Of a stretch of 64,000 bases of DNA, positions 11,351 to 23,731 are shown piece after piece. The notes under the pieces were generated by a model that was not told the origin of the DNA, ran no database searches, and worked only from the letters and a program-made list of their open reading frames with translations. Both the position numbers and the translations under genes were made by a program. Position 1 is the first letter of the stretch, and the number at the start of each line of letters is the position of its first letter. This DNA comes from Gracilinanus agilis. Its lineage: Eukaryota. The stretch spans positions 3,961,688 to 4,025,687 of the forward strand of contig NC_058132.1 of the NCBI RefSeq assembly GCF_016433145.1, written 5' to 3'.

Positions 11351-12789
11351 ATACTCCCCAGTCTTCAAGGCCCGGAAGGAAAAAAGCCCAATCGTGTAGT
11401 ACGGTCATTGGAGGAAGACCTCCACTCCTCTGAGCTCAAACTCGGCGGAAGCTTATGCAGCAGTCTGGATGCGAATCCAGCAGAGTAAGAAGGTGGGCAC
11501 TGGTGGTGTTCTGTGGGCAGAAGCGAGACCTTCAAGGATGCCGTCACAGCTCTTCTCGTCATTGAAGAATTACACATTAGAAAAATAACACCAAGTGGAG
11601 TTGGGCCATGACTCATGGCTGAGAAGAAAATGGCGGTCAATCGTCAAGACTACTAAGGAACCTGATGCTTGAAGGCATTGTGGAAGAAGTGTGCAGTAAG
11701 TGTTCTGAGTCAAAGGGAGAGATCCCTGAGGGCTGGTCGGTCAAGGAAGGCTTCCCTGAGAGGCATCGGCAACTTGTTTTGAAGTTTGAGAGAGAGGAGG
11801 AGGAGGGGAAGGTAGCTGTGGAGTGTGGAAGGTGCCAAAAGACCAGGTTTCCAATCCCAATTCCCAACTTTCCATGTGACCACGAACAAATGACTTAAAC
11901 TGCTGTGTGGCTGCCTCTTTGTCTGTGAAATGGGGTTGGTAATCTTTGGGCAACCAATGTCAGAGGGCTCTTGGGAGGCTGAAAGGAGATCATGGCCATC
12001 AAGGGTTTCTGTCCTTGTATGTTGTTAGCTAAAGGTTGGTCAGCTGGGTTTCTTCTCCTCTTTCTCCTCCTCCTCATAGTCTGCATCCTCCTTCTCTTCA
12101 TCTTCTTATTCCTCCTTGGACAAGGTGGCAGAGAGGCAAAGGACCCAGTGGAGAGAGGCCTGAGGGCTGCTGGGCTGTCCAAGCTGGCACTGCCACTTTT
12201 TCTAAAACTTGAATTAATGGATGGGTGCCGTAGGAGCGGGCCTGTGACTTCACTGGTTCAGGAAGTTCCCTCTTCCTTCCACTGCTCATTGGAACCTTTT
12301 CTACAACTTTGAATTTCATCCTTTGTTTCTGTCACCCAGCTTTATCCCTTCCTCACCTTTCATCTTCCTCAGAAAGCCTTCGCTGGCAGCAAAGAATAAG
12401 GAAAGTCTGGCACACCAAATGCCATTTCTTAGGCATGACCTGAGGCAAGTTGATGAACCTCTCTTGGTCTTAGTTTCCTCCTGTCTTTGGCACATACTAG
12501 TTGTGTGACACCAGGCAGGCAGAGACCTTAGCTCTCAGTCTCCTAATCAGGAAAATGGGGGGATGATACTCACATAATTTGGCTCGCAGAGTTGTCAGAA
12601 GAAAAGTGAGCTTTGTGGTGCTATGGAAATGGAAATGAAGGTGTAAATGTACACTGTTGCCACTCCTGAAGGCATTCTGGGTGGGACAGACCATTAGTGG
12701 TGTGGCATCCCAGCAACAGGCCCAAAGAGGCAAGTCCACAAGTTGGTGTCAAAAGACCCTGAAGATCTTAGAAGACTTTGGTTGAGATG

Positions 12790-13027
12790 TTTCAGGCCTG
12801 TCTTGACTCTAATACCCTGCTTAAGGTTTTCCTGGCAAAGATCCTGGAATGGTTTGCCATTTCCAGTGCCAGCTCATTTTGCAGATGAGGAAACTGAGGC
12901 AAACAAGGTTAAGTGACTTGTCCAGGGTCATAAAGCTAGTAAGTGTCTGAGGCCAGATTTAAACTCATGAAAATGAGTGTTCCTCATCCCAACCCAGTGC
13001 TCTATCCACTATGCCACATGGCTGCCC
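12790..13027 (-). mobile_element. MAR1-type CORE-SINE
   Basis: ttttcctggcaaagatcctggaatggtttgccatttcc tail, gaggaaactgaggc core, ctatccactatgccac head. Confidence 0.85.
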
Positions 13028-13039
13028 ACTGCTGCCAGC

Positions 13040-13310
13040 TCTAAATGAATTGGGTGTAATAATGGACCAATGACTTTAGATAGCATTGTCCAGAATGCCC
13101 AGATCATGTCCAGAATGGCGACGGGAATGAGAGGCCTCTTTTAATCCCACTATATTCTTCCCTTGTCAGACTGTCTAGGATTCTGGGTTTAATTCTGGGT
13201 GCCATCTTTGAGGAAGGACATGGACAAATGAGAGCTCCTCTACAGAAAGGGAACTTGAGGCAGGAAGGAGACTTTACGACCATGCCAGAGGAGGATGACT
13301 GGTAGTCCCC
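13040..13310 (+). mobile_element. L3/CR1 fragment
   Basis: tttaattctgggtgccatctttgaggaaggacatggacaa, typical CR1 RT C-terminal region. Confidence 0.55.
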
Positions 13311-13319
13311 ATCTTTCAG

Positions 13320-13600
13320 AATTCTTCTCTTCCTTCAAAACTCAGCTCAGCTGCCACCCGGAAGCCCTTCCTGATCTCCCCTCAAAATGAAAACTCCAAG
13401 TTGCCCTTGAGCACTCTGGATGGATCTCTCCTTTGCCCTATCGTGCCCAGCCCGCTCCACTGCCCAACCTCAGGAGAATACCAGCTCTCTGAGAGGGATG
13501 GGTGCCACTGTTTACTTTGGCAGCCCCTGCACCTACCACAGAGCTACGCACACAGTAGGCCCATAACAAAAGTTGGTGGAATGAATGGCTCCAGGGGAAG
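13320..13600 (+). mobile_element. L2 3' end
   Basis: aagcccttcctgatctcc ... gcacacagtaggccc ... tggaatgaatg terminus. Confidence 0.6.
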
Positions 13601-14462
13601 CGGTGACACCTATGGAACGCTTGCTTTCCCATTGAATGCTTTAGTGTTTTGACTGTTGTTTATTTGTTTCAGCAAAGCATTTGGTCACATTTCTTGTGTG
13701 TTTCTCATGAAAAAGATGGACAGACGGGGCTAGAAGAGAAGCCAGTGAGGGACCTGGGCTGAAGGAACATGGTGGGGGGGCTGGAAAGGAGAAGCAGGAA
13801 GAGGGGGATGAGCATGTGAAAGGTGGTTACGTGGGTAAGGAATGAGACTTGATTTGGGGCACCATTTGGCTCAGGTGCCCCCAGAAGCCTCTCCAAAGTG
13901 CACAAAATGGCTTCTGGGATGCCCATACACGGCCTTGGAGTTTCCGCCTAGGTTAGAGAACCTCTCTGTGGGTTGAGATGCTCACAGACACTAGGATTCC
14001 ACGATGGGGGGGGGTATAATGGAACCTTCCTTATCTGATGAAGCAACATGGAGGCCGCTTACACAGCATGATTTTCTGTAGGTTCAAGCCACTATTTCTG
14101 AGCACTTGGGAAACATTTTGTCCTTATTTCCGCTTCCCTGGACCCCTCTCTAGGGGTTCACAGGCCTGAAAAATTGCATCCAGTTGTGTGTGTGGGAGAC
14201 TAATGGGAGAGGAGGGAGCAGGACTCGCTTTCCTTTTCAAAACCCGAGCTGGGGGTCATGGGAGAACTCCTTGACCAAAGTTGAAAAAATATCAGCAGTG
14301 GGGAGAAGAGGTGTGTGCATGTGGGATGAAGAGAGCAGGGACTCGAGAGCTTGCTATATAAGGATTTCTTCGTCAGCTGGGGGTGCTCCTGCTGGAAGAG
14401 ACAAGATCTTATTGAGGGCCGGGCTAGGACTAGACCACTGTCTCCAAATATTTGGAAGGCTC

Positions 14463-14492
14463 GAGGAGGAGGAGGAGGAGGAGGAGGAGGAG
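14463..14492. repeat. (GAG)10 microsatellite, intronic
   Basis: Perfect trinucleotide run. Confidence 0.95.
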
Positions 14493-15254
14493 ACCGTTGA
14501 TTTGTACATCTTGGGGGTGGAGGGAAGACTTTAGCTGGCTTGAATAGTCGGAGCTGTCCAAAAGTCCAGCCGGTGGCTTTGGGAGGTCGAGCCATCCCCA
14601 TTAATAGAAGTCTTTGACCGCTTCTCAGGGACAGCAGAGATAGTGCTTCAGGTAGAGGCTGGGTGAGGTACCTTCTGCCTGCCTAGGGTAGAGGGGACTT
14701 TGGAAGGCCCTTCAAAAGCAGAAGTGCCAGGATTCTGTGAGATAAAGGGATGAGGAGAGAGCGCTCCGAAGAGGTGACATAAAAGAGAGAGAAGACAGAG
14801 AGAGACGGAAGAAGGAAGGAAAGGAGGAGAGAGGGAGAGAGGGAGGCAAGAAGAAGCTCAAGGTGGGATTAAAGGAATCCCCCAACATCTCTGCTTAGGA
14901 ATAAGCTTTTGAGCCAAATGAGGGGAAGGGCAGGGTGTCTGTGGCCTTCCAAGGAGAAGAGCAGGTCCTCTCCCTTGGAGTACCAGAGAAGACTAGAAAC
15001 TTGGCCGCCCCATTGGTACTGTGAACAATCCTCCAAACCCCGACCGTCTCATCCGGTCCTCACCTGCCCAGGAATCTCCTCTGAGGATTCCAGTACAGCT
15101 GACCAGAGAGGGTCCTGCCTAACTATACTTGAGGACTTATTGATTGGAGGGAGGGCTGGAGAGATCTGTGCAGGCGATAGAGGGAAGCTGCTGGAGAGGG
15201 GGAAGGTGGTGAACAAACTCTGAATATGTTCCCCTGTCTTGCTCTCTGACCCAG

Positions 15255-15368
15255 TGCTCAGCATCGGGGAAGGAGGCTTCTGGGAAGGTCAGGTCAAAGG
15301 CCGAGTTGGCTGGTTTCCCTCAGAGTGCCTAGAGGAGGTGGCTAATCGATCCCAGGAGGGAAAGCAAG
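15255..15368 (+). CDS. SHANK1: SHANK1 exon (SH3 C-half): VLSIGEGGFWEGQVKGRVGWFPSECLEEVANRSQEGKQ
   Basis: gacccag|TG ... CAA G|gtaaca; 114 nt phase 1/1. Confidence 0.97.
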
Positions 15369-15540
15369 GTAACACAACCTCCATTTCCTTGGCTGGGTGG
15401 GGGGGTGGGGGTATGGGTTGTTGATGGAAAGTCTGTCAAAGGGAGAGAGAGAAGACTGTGGGATTGTGGGTGGAGTGAGGGAAGGAAGGAGGTGACCTGG
15501 GGAAGTCATTCAGGTTCTCTCCCAACCCTTCCCCATCCAG

Positions 15541-15616
15541 AAAGTCGAAGTGACAAAGCCAAAAGGCTCTTCCGACACTACACCGTGGGCTCTTACGACA
15601 GCTTTGATGCCCCCAG
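15541..15616 (+). CDS. SHANK1: SHANK1 exon: ESRSDKAKRLFRHYTVGSYDSFDAP(S)
   Basis: catccag|AA ... CCC AG|gtaagg; 76 nt phase 1/2. Confidence 0.97.
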
Positions 15617-17280
15617 GTAAGGAGTCTCCTCATCACCCCCTGCTTTTGTCCTCCCTAACTTTCCAATACCTTTGGATTCCCCTTCTCCAACCCATTCTTA
15701 AATTGGTCCATCTGAAAGGTCTATTTGAGGTCATCTAGTCCTAGCTCCTCATTTTGTAGAGGAGAAAATGGAGAAGGCGAGTGACTTGTCTAAGATCACA
15801 CGGCCAGCAGAACTAGAAGCAGGATCAGAGTTCAAACTGGAGCCTCTGGTCTTGGTCCAGCAGACTATCTACCATCCCCATGCCCACCCCCCACCCTCTG
15901 AATACAAACACTTTTCCTTCTCCAAAGGGAGTCTGGACTCTGGGACACAAATAGATCCCCACTCCCTACGCCTCTCTGTGTTTATAGAGTCCAGAGTCTG
16001 GGGGCAGGGAAGAACAAGGAGCATGTCCCATCTCTCCAGTGCTTCTCTCCCAGACTTCCATGGCCTAGGGCTGGGGCTGGGGCCAGGAGGAGCTGGGAGA
16101 ATCCCCCCAGGAAAGGGACCGCTGCTGGCCTATGTCCTTCTGAACCAATCTTTGCCAGGGGTTGGACTTGGTTTGGGGGGAGTCTGGAGGGGGAAGGACC
16201 CCTGTGGGCATAGATGTCGGTGCCCGTGCCCCTGCTCCCAAGGCTCTGGACCTGTGTGCTTCTGGGAATATATAAGTAGGAGCGTGTTTCTGGAATATGG
16301 GTTTTCCAATGGGCGTGCTCGCCCATTCATGCCATGACCAGGAAGCACCTACTATGTGCTAAGCATTCGAAGAACCCCTTGCGTGCCTTGGTGATCAGTC
16401 TATGTGTTGGGGGCATGCTTGGGCCCCAGGGGGAGGGAGCGTGCCGTGTGAATAGTACTGTGTTTTGGAGCACATGTATGTGTAGGACCCTGAGGATGGG
16501 CAGGGGCTTTTCCCTGAGTGTGTGCCCACGTGTCCTTGGGTCTTGGTGTGTAAGTGATCTTGCTCATGTGTGTTTCCTCCTTGGGTTTCTGCTGATGACC
16601 TTCCAAATCCATGTTTTTCCTCCAAGTACGTCCATGTGTTGGCCCACGTCCGTGTGTTTCCATAAGCGTGTTCCTGAATGTCTCTCAGTACAGCCATGTG
16701 TGCCCCTGTGAGTGGCTCTACTGTGTTTGCAGGGTGCGTGTTGGCGAGTGCACGGCCACTTTCTGGGTGCTTTCTGCGAGTGTTGGGCTCTCTCCATGCC
16801 CAGCTCTTCCTGTGTATCTTTGCCCCTCACTCTGGGCATCTATAATCCGGCCTTTGTCTGGGGGCGGGAGGGGGAAGCTCTGCAGGGGGAGAAGGAGGCC
16901 CAGCTTGGTGCCTTAGGTCAAACCCAAGAAGGTCCTGCCTCGCTGGTGGTGTTCCATTAAATGTGTCCCAAACCTGTGTGTCTGTGTTCTGGCCATGGAA
17001 AAAGGGTTAAGGGTGGTGGGAAGGTGGGAAGGAGCTGTGGGGGGCATTTGGACCCATGCCCTCCCCCTGGGATGGCTTCTCTCTGGCCCCAGGCGATTTG
17101 CCTCTCGCCTCTTGGGCTCCCCGCCTTCCTCCTTTTTTCGTGGCTCCCTTCTTCCTCTCCCCTCGTTTCCTGCCCCCTCTTCTGGGCCTCTTGCTGGGTT
17201 TCCTTTCAGGCCCCCCCCACCCCGTCCCTTTCTTCCTGGCCTCCCTCCTCTCCCTCCCCACATTGTGTGCTTCCCCCTTC

Positions 17281-17533
17281 GCGAGCACCTGAGGGCGAGT
17301 GTGTGGCCCTCGCCCCTCCCCCTCCAGCCAGGGGCGGCCAAGCCGGGGTGGGAGCCGCGGGAGGCTCTGCGATCCCGTGCTGGGAGCCTGGCATGCTCTG
17401 TCCGTCCTGTTTGTGCAGTGTGGCTTGTTTTGTGCTCTGTGTGTGATGTTGTGTGTTCCTCTCGCCTCTCTCAGTCTGCACCTGCGCGGGAGGGCTCTGG
17501 AGGGAGGAGGAGTGGAGGGGGGGACCCAGACCG
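17281..17533 (+). promoter_or_regulatory. CpG-rich candidate intragenic SHANK1 promoter or 5' UTR
   Basis: CpG-dense unique sequence directly upstream of the gap and the candidate alternative first exon. Confidence 0.45.
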
Positions 17534-17747
17534 NNNNNNNNNNNNNNNNNNNNNNNNNNNNNNNNNNNNNNNNNNNNNNNNNNNNNNNNNNNNNNNNNNN
17601 NNNNNNNNNNNNNNNNNNNNNNNNNNNNNNNNNNNNNNNNNNNNNNNNNNNNNNNNNNNNNNNNNNNNNNNNNNNNNNNNNNNNNNNNNNNNNNNNNNNN
17701 NNNNNNNNNNNNNNNNNNNNNNNNNNNNNNNNNNNNNNNNNNNNNNN
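17534..17747. other. Assembly gap (214 N), probably containing the alternative exon start codon
   Basis: N run between GC-rich flanks. Confidence 0.99.
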
Positions 17748-17836
17748 GGGGGGGGCCCCCTGCCGCAGCCGCCCCCCCTGTCCTCCAGCTGGCCGGCCCT
17801 GGGGCCCCGGCGGCGCAGCGTCTGGTATATCTACAG
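17748..17836 (+). CDS. SHANK1: Candidate SHANK1 alternative first exon (5' part in N gap): ...GGGPLPQPPPLSSSWPALGPRRRSVWYIY(S)
   Basis: Strong donor CAG|gtaatg at 17837 in phase 2, matching the phase-2 acceptor of the first PDZ exon (25107); CpG-rich upstream sequence. Confidence 0.65.
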
Positions 17837-20800
17837 GTAATGGAGCCCCCAAACGCCCCCCTTCCCCCTCCTCCCATTGGATGGATCCCTTTCCCAGGCT
17901 CTCTTTTTCCAGTCCCTCCTGGGCCACAGCCCCCTCACCTTCCCTCTCCCAAGACCCCTTCTTCATTTCCTCTCCCTGCCTCAACACTTTCACCGGATCC
18001 TGCCCTTACCCCACCGCCCCTTTCTTATTGCCCACCTTTCCAAGCCATCTCCTCCCTCCGTGGTGGCTCCAGAACCCCTCCCCCAACTTCAGGGACACTC
18101 TCTCCAGTCCTTTCACTCTGGGCCCCTACCCTTTCCTCTCCACCTCTCCAATCCCACGTCCTTCCTTGACTCTCCAGGCCCCTAGGAACCGTCACTCTCC
18201 ACACATCCCTTTCCCCAGCCCACCCCCACCCTCTCCTTAGCTTCCCCCATCAAAAGGACCCATTCCATGGAGACCCTGTTGGGTTTCTCCTTCCCTCCCA
18301 GGGTCTAACCCCTAGCCTTTACCATCTCCCCAGCTCCGGTGGGACCCATTTCAGAAGCTTCCCTCTTTCCCTGTCTCTCCCCAGGCCTTCTCCTTGCCTT
18401 TTCCTTTCTCTACAGTTCTCTGCCAAGACCCCTTTCCCCAACTCCCTCCTGAGCCCTTTCCCTGCCTCTCTCCCCCCAGCACCCAGTGTCTTCTTAACCC
18501 TCACTTCGCCTTTCTTGCAGACCCTTTCCCACAGTCCTCACCTTCCCAGCTCTGTTCTCTTTGATTCCTCTCTTCCTCCACAAATTGACTGGAGTCCCAA
18601 ACTCCCCTGTCTGCTCTCCTCTGGCACCCCTCTCTATCACTCAGCCTCCCAACTCTTTCTTCCCACCTCCAATTGAACCCCCATACACATGCTCCTCTGG
18701 TCTTCCATCCCTCTGTTCTCCCATTTCCCCATTCACCCCTCCCAGCAAACCCCTCCACCCCATTCATCCCCCTCTCTCCATTCACAGTCATTCACCGCCC
18801 CCCCATCATACACACACCCCGCCCCCTCTTTCCCTCCCCTCCCCTTTCCCTCACTGCATGTCACTGTGCGACTGTGTCAGAAGGGGAGAGAGAGAGGGAG
18901 GGAGGGAGGGAGGGGTGTGTGTGTGTGTGTAAAATGGTGGATTTGTGGCTGCTCCCAAGAGTCCTGTGTATGTGGGTCTCTGCCCGTATAGCCCCGTGTG
19001 ATGGCATATGTCTCAGCACTGTCATGCATGTCTAGGGAGACCATGTGTGTTAGTGTGTGGGCAGGGGGGAGTGTCTGGAGATTGTCTGTGCTTTGGTGTG
19101 CTTGTTCTCCAGCACTGGGGTCTCTGCTCTGTCAGTTTCTCCATGGCTCTTTTCAGTCTTCTGCCTCCATGTGCCTTTCTGAAGCAGCTCTATCCTTCTG
19201 TCTCCATGCGTGTGCTCCCATGTGTGCTGCAAACATTATGCATGTTTTCCCGTCGCTCTGTCTGTCCATAGCCATGCTTCCCCATGCTAGGAGCTAGCAC
19301 ACATGGGGATGGGTGGGGAGCACACAGGCCCCTGCATACAGAAGAGACCAGTGTGGGAGGGCCTTTGAATGAGTGTGAGTGAGTGTGTGTGTGTGTGTGT
19401 GTGTGCAGGCTGGGGGCGGGGTGGAGGGCCAGGGGAAGAAAGAGGTGCTGCATTCTCTGTGTGTGAGGCCCTGGGCCAGGCCCCAGTGCTGAGTGATCCT
19501 GCAGGGGTCCTGAGGGGAGGGAAGGCATGCCAGATGTGCCCACATGAATGGGGTGCTGGGAAGGGCAGATGAGGGCTGCAGACAGGAGAGACTGAAGAGG
19601 AATAAGTAAGAAGGCATCCAGGCAGGGGGGTGGAGAGGCATGCAGGACGCAGTCGGAGAGAAGGACGGCAAGGGTGAAGGCAGGATGGGATGTTTCCAGA
19701 GTATTGGAAGGTGTGGAGGAGACAGCCGAGAGGAGGGAAATCTGGGTAATGAGAGGACAATCGGAGTGAGGCTAGAGGGGATTGTGGGGAGGGAGGGGAG
19801 GGAGGGACGTGGAGAACGAGGACAGGAGAGATGAGAGGGGGAGCGGGGGAAAGAGGAGATGCTGGCAAACACGGGCATGTGGGCCACAGGAGGAGATTAG
19901 GGGAGGGACTGGAAGACTTGGGAGCAGGGTGGGGAGAAGACAGTTGGAATAAGGGCAGAAGGAGGCGCTACTAGGAATGTGGAGGGATGTTTGGGGGCTG
20001 TAGCTCGGATTTCATTGGTTTATAGAATTCCCTGGAAGGATCTCCCCCCGCCCCCCCCTTGGGGTGAGAAGAGGGATTTGAATGAAAGCAGATATAGGGA
20101 GGTGAGGATGGGAGCTTGTGACAAGAGGGATAGAGAAGCATTAGGAGGCACGGGGAGGTAGGAGTGGGCTATGTGGCTGCTCCTGGACACTGGGAGAACT
20201 GTAGAGAGTTGGGGGGAGGTGATTGAGAGACTCAAAGAGGACCCTGAGGGTGCCAGGGACCGAGGGCTTAGGGAAGAAAATACAGAGTCCAGACTTGGAA
20301 AAGATGCCTTGTCCAACTCCCTTATTTTAGAGGAGGGAGTCGGGCCCAGAGAGGTTAAGTCAGTGTGCCCAAGGTCACACAGGTAGAAAGGGACAGACCT
20401 TGGACACAAACGTGGCTCCTCTGACTCCAGAGCCAGAATGCTTTTCGCTGTGGCACTTCTCCTTCCTCTGCGGGACGGGGAGCAATGGAGCAATGGTCTG
20501 GAGCAGGCACGAGGGGTTATGGTGGCTGAACCCACTCTCCCTTCTTCCTCCTCCTCCCCCACCCAGAGCTCTCAGGGACCCTTCTTCCTCAGACCTTTCC
20601 CACGCGTGTGACTCCTGAATGAATGTTTGTCTCTTTTACCCTTCTTTTGGGCCCTGGAAGGAGCACTGAGGCTCCCACTGAGCCAGAGTGGGCTGGAAGG
20701 TGTCTGTGGGAGGGGGAAAGCCTGCTGGGCCAGTACGTGTGTGCGAGCCCAGGACGGAGCATGTTGCGCGAGAAGGCAAGGACGCGCGTCTGCTTGGGCT

Positions 20801-21689
20801 AGCGGGCTGCAGGGCGGGTGTCACGGGAGGGCAGCACAGGGGTCACAAGGCGTGTGGCCAGGCTGCGTGGGGTCCGCTGAGGCCGGATTGGAATGTGCCA
20901 CGTTGTGGTCAGAGGCCCTCCCGAAGGCCACGAGCACGCGTGTGGTTTAGGTGGGCACGATAGAGCGTACTGTAAGTAGTAAGTTAGGCGCAGGGCACCT
21001 TAGAGAGCGGCAGGCTGGCCACGAAGATGAAATGTCAGAGGCCAAGTCCAGCCCGCTGGGAAAGATGGCGGCATCCGGGGCCACGATGGGCACAGGGGCA
21101 CCGGGTTGGGCTTATGAGGGCGTGTTATGGCAGAACTGGAGAGGCCAGGCCCGGCCGAGCAGCAGTTCCCTCTGGGCCAGAGTGAACCAGGGGCCCTCCA
21201 GCATCTGGGTGAAGGGAGGAAGACCTCACTGCCTGCCAGGCAGCCTGTCCCACGGCTCTGCTTCGAATCGTTAGAAAGTTATCCTCTTTGCACCCTCTGC
21301 CCGTTCTCCTGACCTCGTCTGGACCCCTTTCCGACCCAGCGGCCCTCAGAGGCTCTCCTGCTCTGAGCCCAAAGCTCCTGGCCATCCTCGCTCTCCAAAG
21401 GGTGGGCCAGCAGAGCCGCCCAGGGAGGACAAGGCCTGCCCCCTTCCGGATTCTCCACATCCGGTTTTCTCTGAGGGAGCCCAAGGAAGGATGAGCTTGC
21501 GAGGCTGCCCGCTCGCACGGGTCGCTAGACTTGAGTTAACTCTGGCTGCTCTGCTAGTGGCTACTGCGGGCTCGGAGGGGGGCTGGGCACGGATAGGTGC
21601 CCCTAGAGGATGATGAAATAGGTACTGTCATTTGAGGGGTGGGCGGTTAGGAGGGGAATGACCCGGGAGCGTACCGTGGCGCGCAGCAG

Positions 21690-21866
21690 CTATCGTCCAG
21701 TTGCTTCAGTATTCTCCGGGTCTGTGACCCCATTTGGAGCTTTCTTGGCAAAGATAGAGGAGTGGTTGGCCATTTCCTTATTCAGCCCATTTTACAGATG
21801 AGGAAACTGAGGCCAAGAAGATAAAGTGACTCGCCCAGGGCCACCTAGATGGCACATGTCTGAGAT
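21690..21866 (-). mobile_element. MAR1-type SINE
   Basis: ttcttggcaaagatagaggagtggttggccatttcc plus gatgaggaaactgaggc. Confidence 0.8.
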
Positions 21867-22984
21867 CTCTCTATCCAAATACATGCCGGGATGCAGAGAT
21901 AGTGTGGAAGGATGCCGGAGCTTGGGTTCCGTGTCCCCGAATGGGGAGTGGAGATAGCGCCTGGCGTGTTCATGGTCTCTTCTGGATGGGTCGGGGGGCT
22001 AGACTGTCCCCCGCAGTGCCTGGGGAATATCTGGGCCTTGGGGTCTGCTCTCAATCAAATTCATTTTCGGTCCCTTCGGGACAGCGTTGGGTATTAGCGG
22101 GGAGCGGAGGGTGCTGGGGGCGGTAGAATGGAGATCAGAACTCCCGGAAGACAAGTTTGGCTTCGTGTGGGCTGTGGGCGTTCGGGCAATTGGAGCTGAC
22201 CCCAGAGTCGGGAAGAGCCCAATTCAAGTCCCGCCTCCAGCATATTCGATGTGTGACCCCACACGAGTGACTTCTACGCTCCCGGTCCGGAGGGGAACTC
22301 ACTAAGTCTTTGGCTTATGGAGGCATCGCTTTCTCCCTGGGTGAAGGGAGTTTCCACGAGGAGGAAATAACGGGCTTGGACCCCTCCCTCGCCCACTCCC
22401 CGTGCCTCAAATAGTACCTGTCACCGAGTAGGTGGTTAATACGTGGCTTTGGACCGTTTCCCCCGTCGGGAGCTCCCTCCCGCCTTCCCTCTGCCTCTTG
22501 GCATCCCTGCTCCCCGGCCCAAGCAGCTCGTGCGTCCTTGCCTCATCCAGACTCAGCCCTCCTCCCAGCGGCCCCTGAGACGCCTCGGTATTCACTTGAA
22601 ATCCACTCACTACATTGGCTTCTCGGGTCCTCCTTTGCTTGACCCCAGGAGAACCCAGCCGTCTCCTCGAGGTCTTTGAATCCCTGGTGCCCGGCACACG
22701 GTAGGCCCCTAAGGATGGAGTGGACTGCCTGGGGGGTGGTCATTTCCCAGCATCTTTGAGGTGTCCTGGCACATCCTAGGTTATGCCTGGAGGGTATTGG
22801 AGTATGTTAGGGTCAGGTGGCACAATGGAGTTGGAAGGACCTGGCTTCAAATCTGGCTTCAGACACTTCCTAGCTGTGTGACCCTGGGCAAGTCACTTCA
22901 CCCCCCACTGCCACTCTTCGCCTTAGGAGAGATGCTAAGACCGAATATACAGGTTTAGGTTGTGTTGGCACGCACTATAGTATA

Positions 22985-23232
22985 CAGGACCATCAGTTCA
23001 TGTAAGTCTTTGTCCTTCAGTCATTTCCAACTCTGGGTAACCTCATTTGGGGTTTGCTTGGCAAAGACACCAGAGTGGTTGGCCATTTCCTTCTCCAGCT
23101 CATTTGTCAGATAAGGAAACTGAGGCCAACAGGGTCAAGCACCTTGCTCCGGGTCCCAAAGGCCAGATTTAAACCTGGGCATGTGAGTTTTCCTGGGTCC
23201 AGGCCGTGCACTGTGCCTCCTGAGCCTCTCAG
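22985..23232 (-). mobile_element. MAR1-type SINE
   Basis: ttggcaaagacaccagagtggttggccatttccttctccagctc ... ccactgtgcc-like head. Confidence 0.8.
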
Positions 23233-23731
23233 CTGCCCTTTTGAAATAACCGAGCTGGCATTTGGGCATAGAGCAGGCGTGCGACTGACTGTCTCTGAAG
23301 TCCGCCTGTGGCATACCTGCGCGTTGGCCTGAACGGAGGGGCACGGCTCTTCAGTGGAGTGTAGCTGGCAAACGCCTGGGCATTCCTGCAGCACACTCTG
23401 TAGGCGATGGGGTGTGATGGGAAGGTCCCCGGGGGCGCTTGGGGGCTCCAGGATACTGAGGAGTGTTGGGGTTTTACGGATATTTATTGTGGATGCCAAT
23501 AGGGTTGCAGCCTGTGGACCGGAGTATTGCCCACGTGGATGAGAGTTATCACATGGTATTATCGCCATAGGCTGGTTCTCCCCTGGACCGGGTAGGGCTG
23601 AGGTATGATGGAGGGGCTCCCTGGACGCTGCGGAGCCATTCCTGGGCCATTTGTGGTGCTGGTGCGCCAGAACAGGACGGGGTCGCCTTGCTCGCTCCTG
23701 GAACACGTGTCAGCTAGGTTAGGCTCTAGGG

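Noticed and set aside
21065-21210. ATG-initiated ORFs as another alternative first exon
   Set aside because: The gtgaag donor is phase 0 or 1 for these frames, but the PDZ exon needs phase 2
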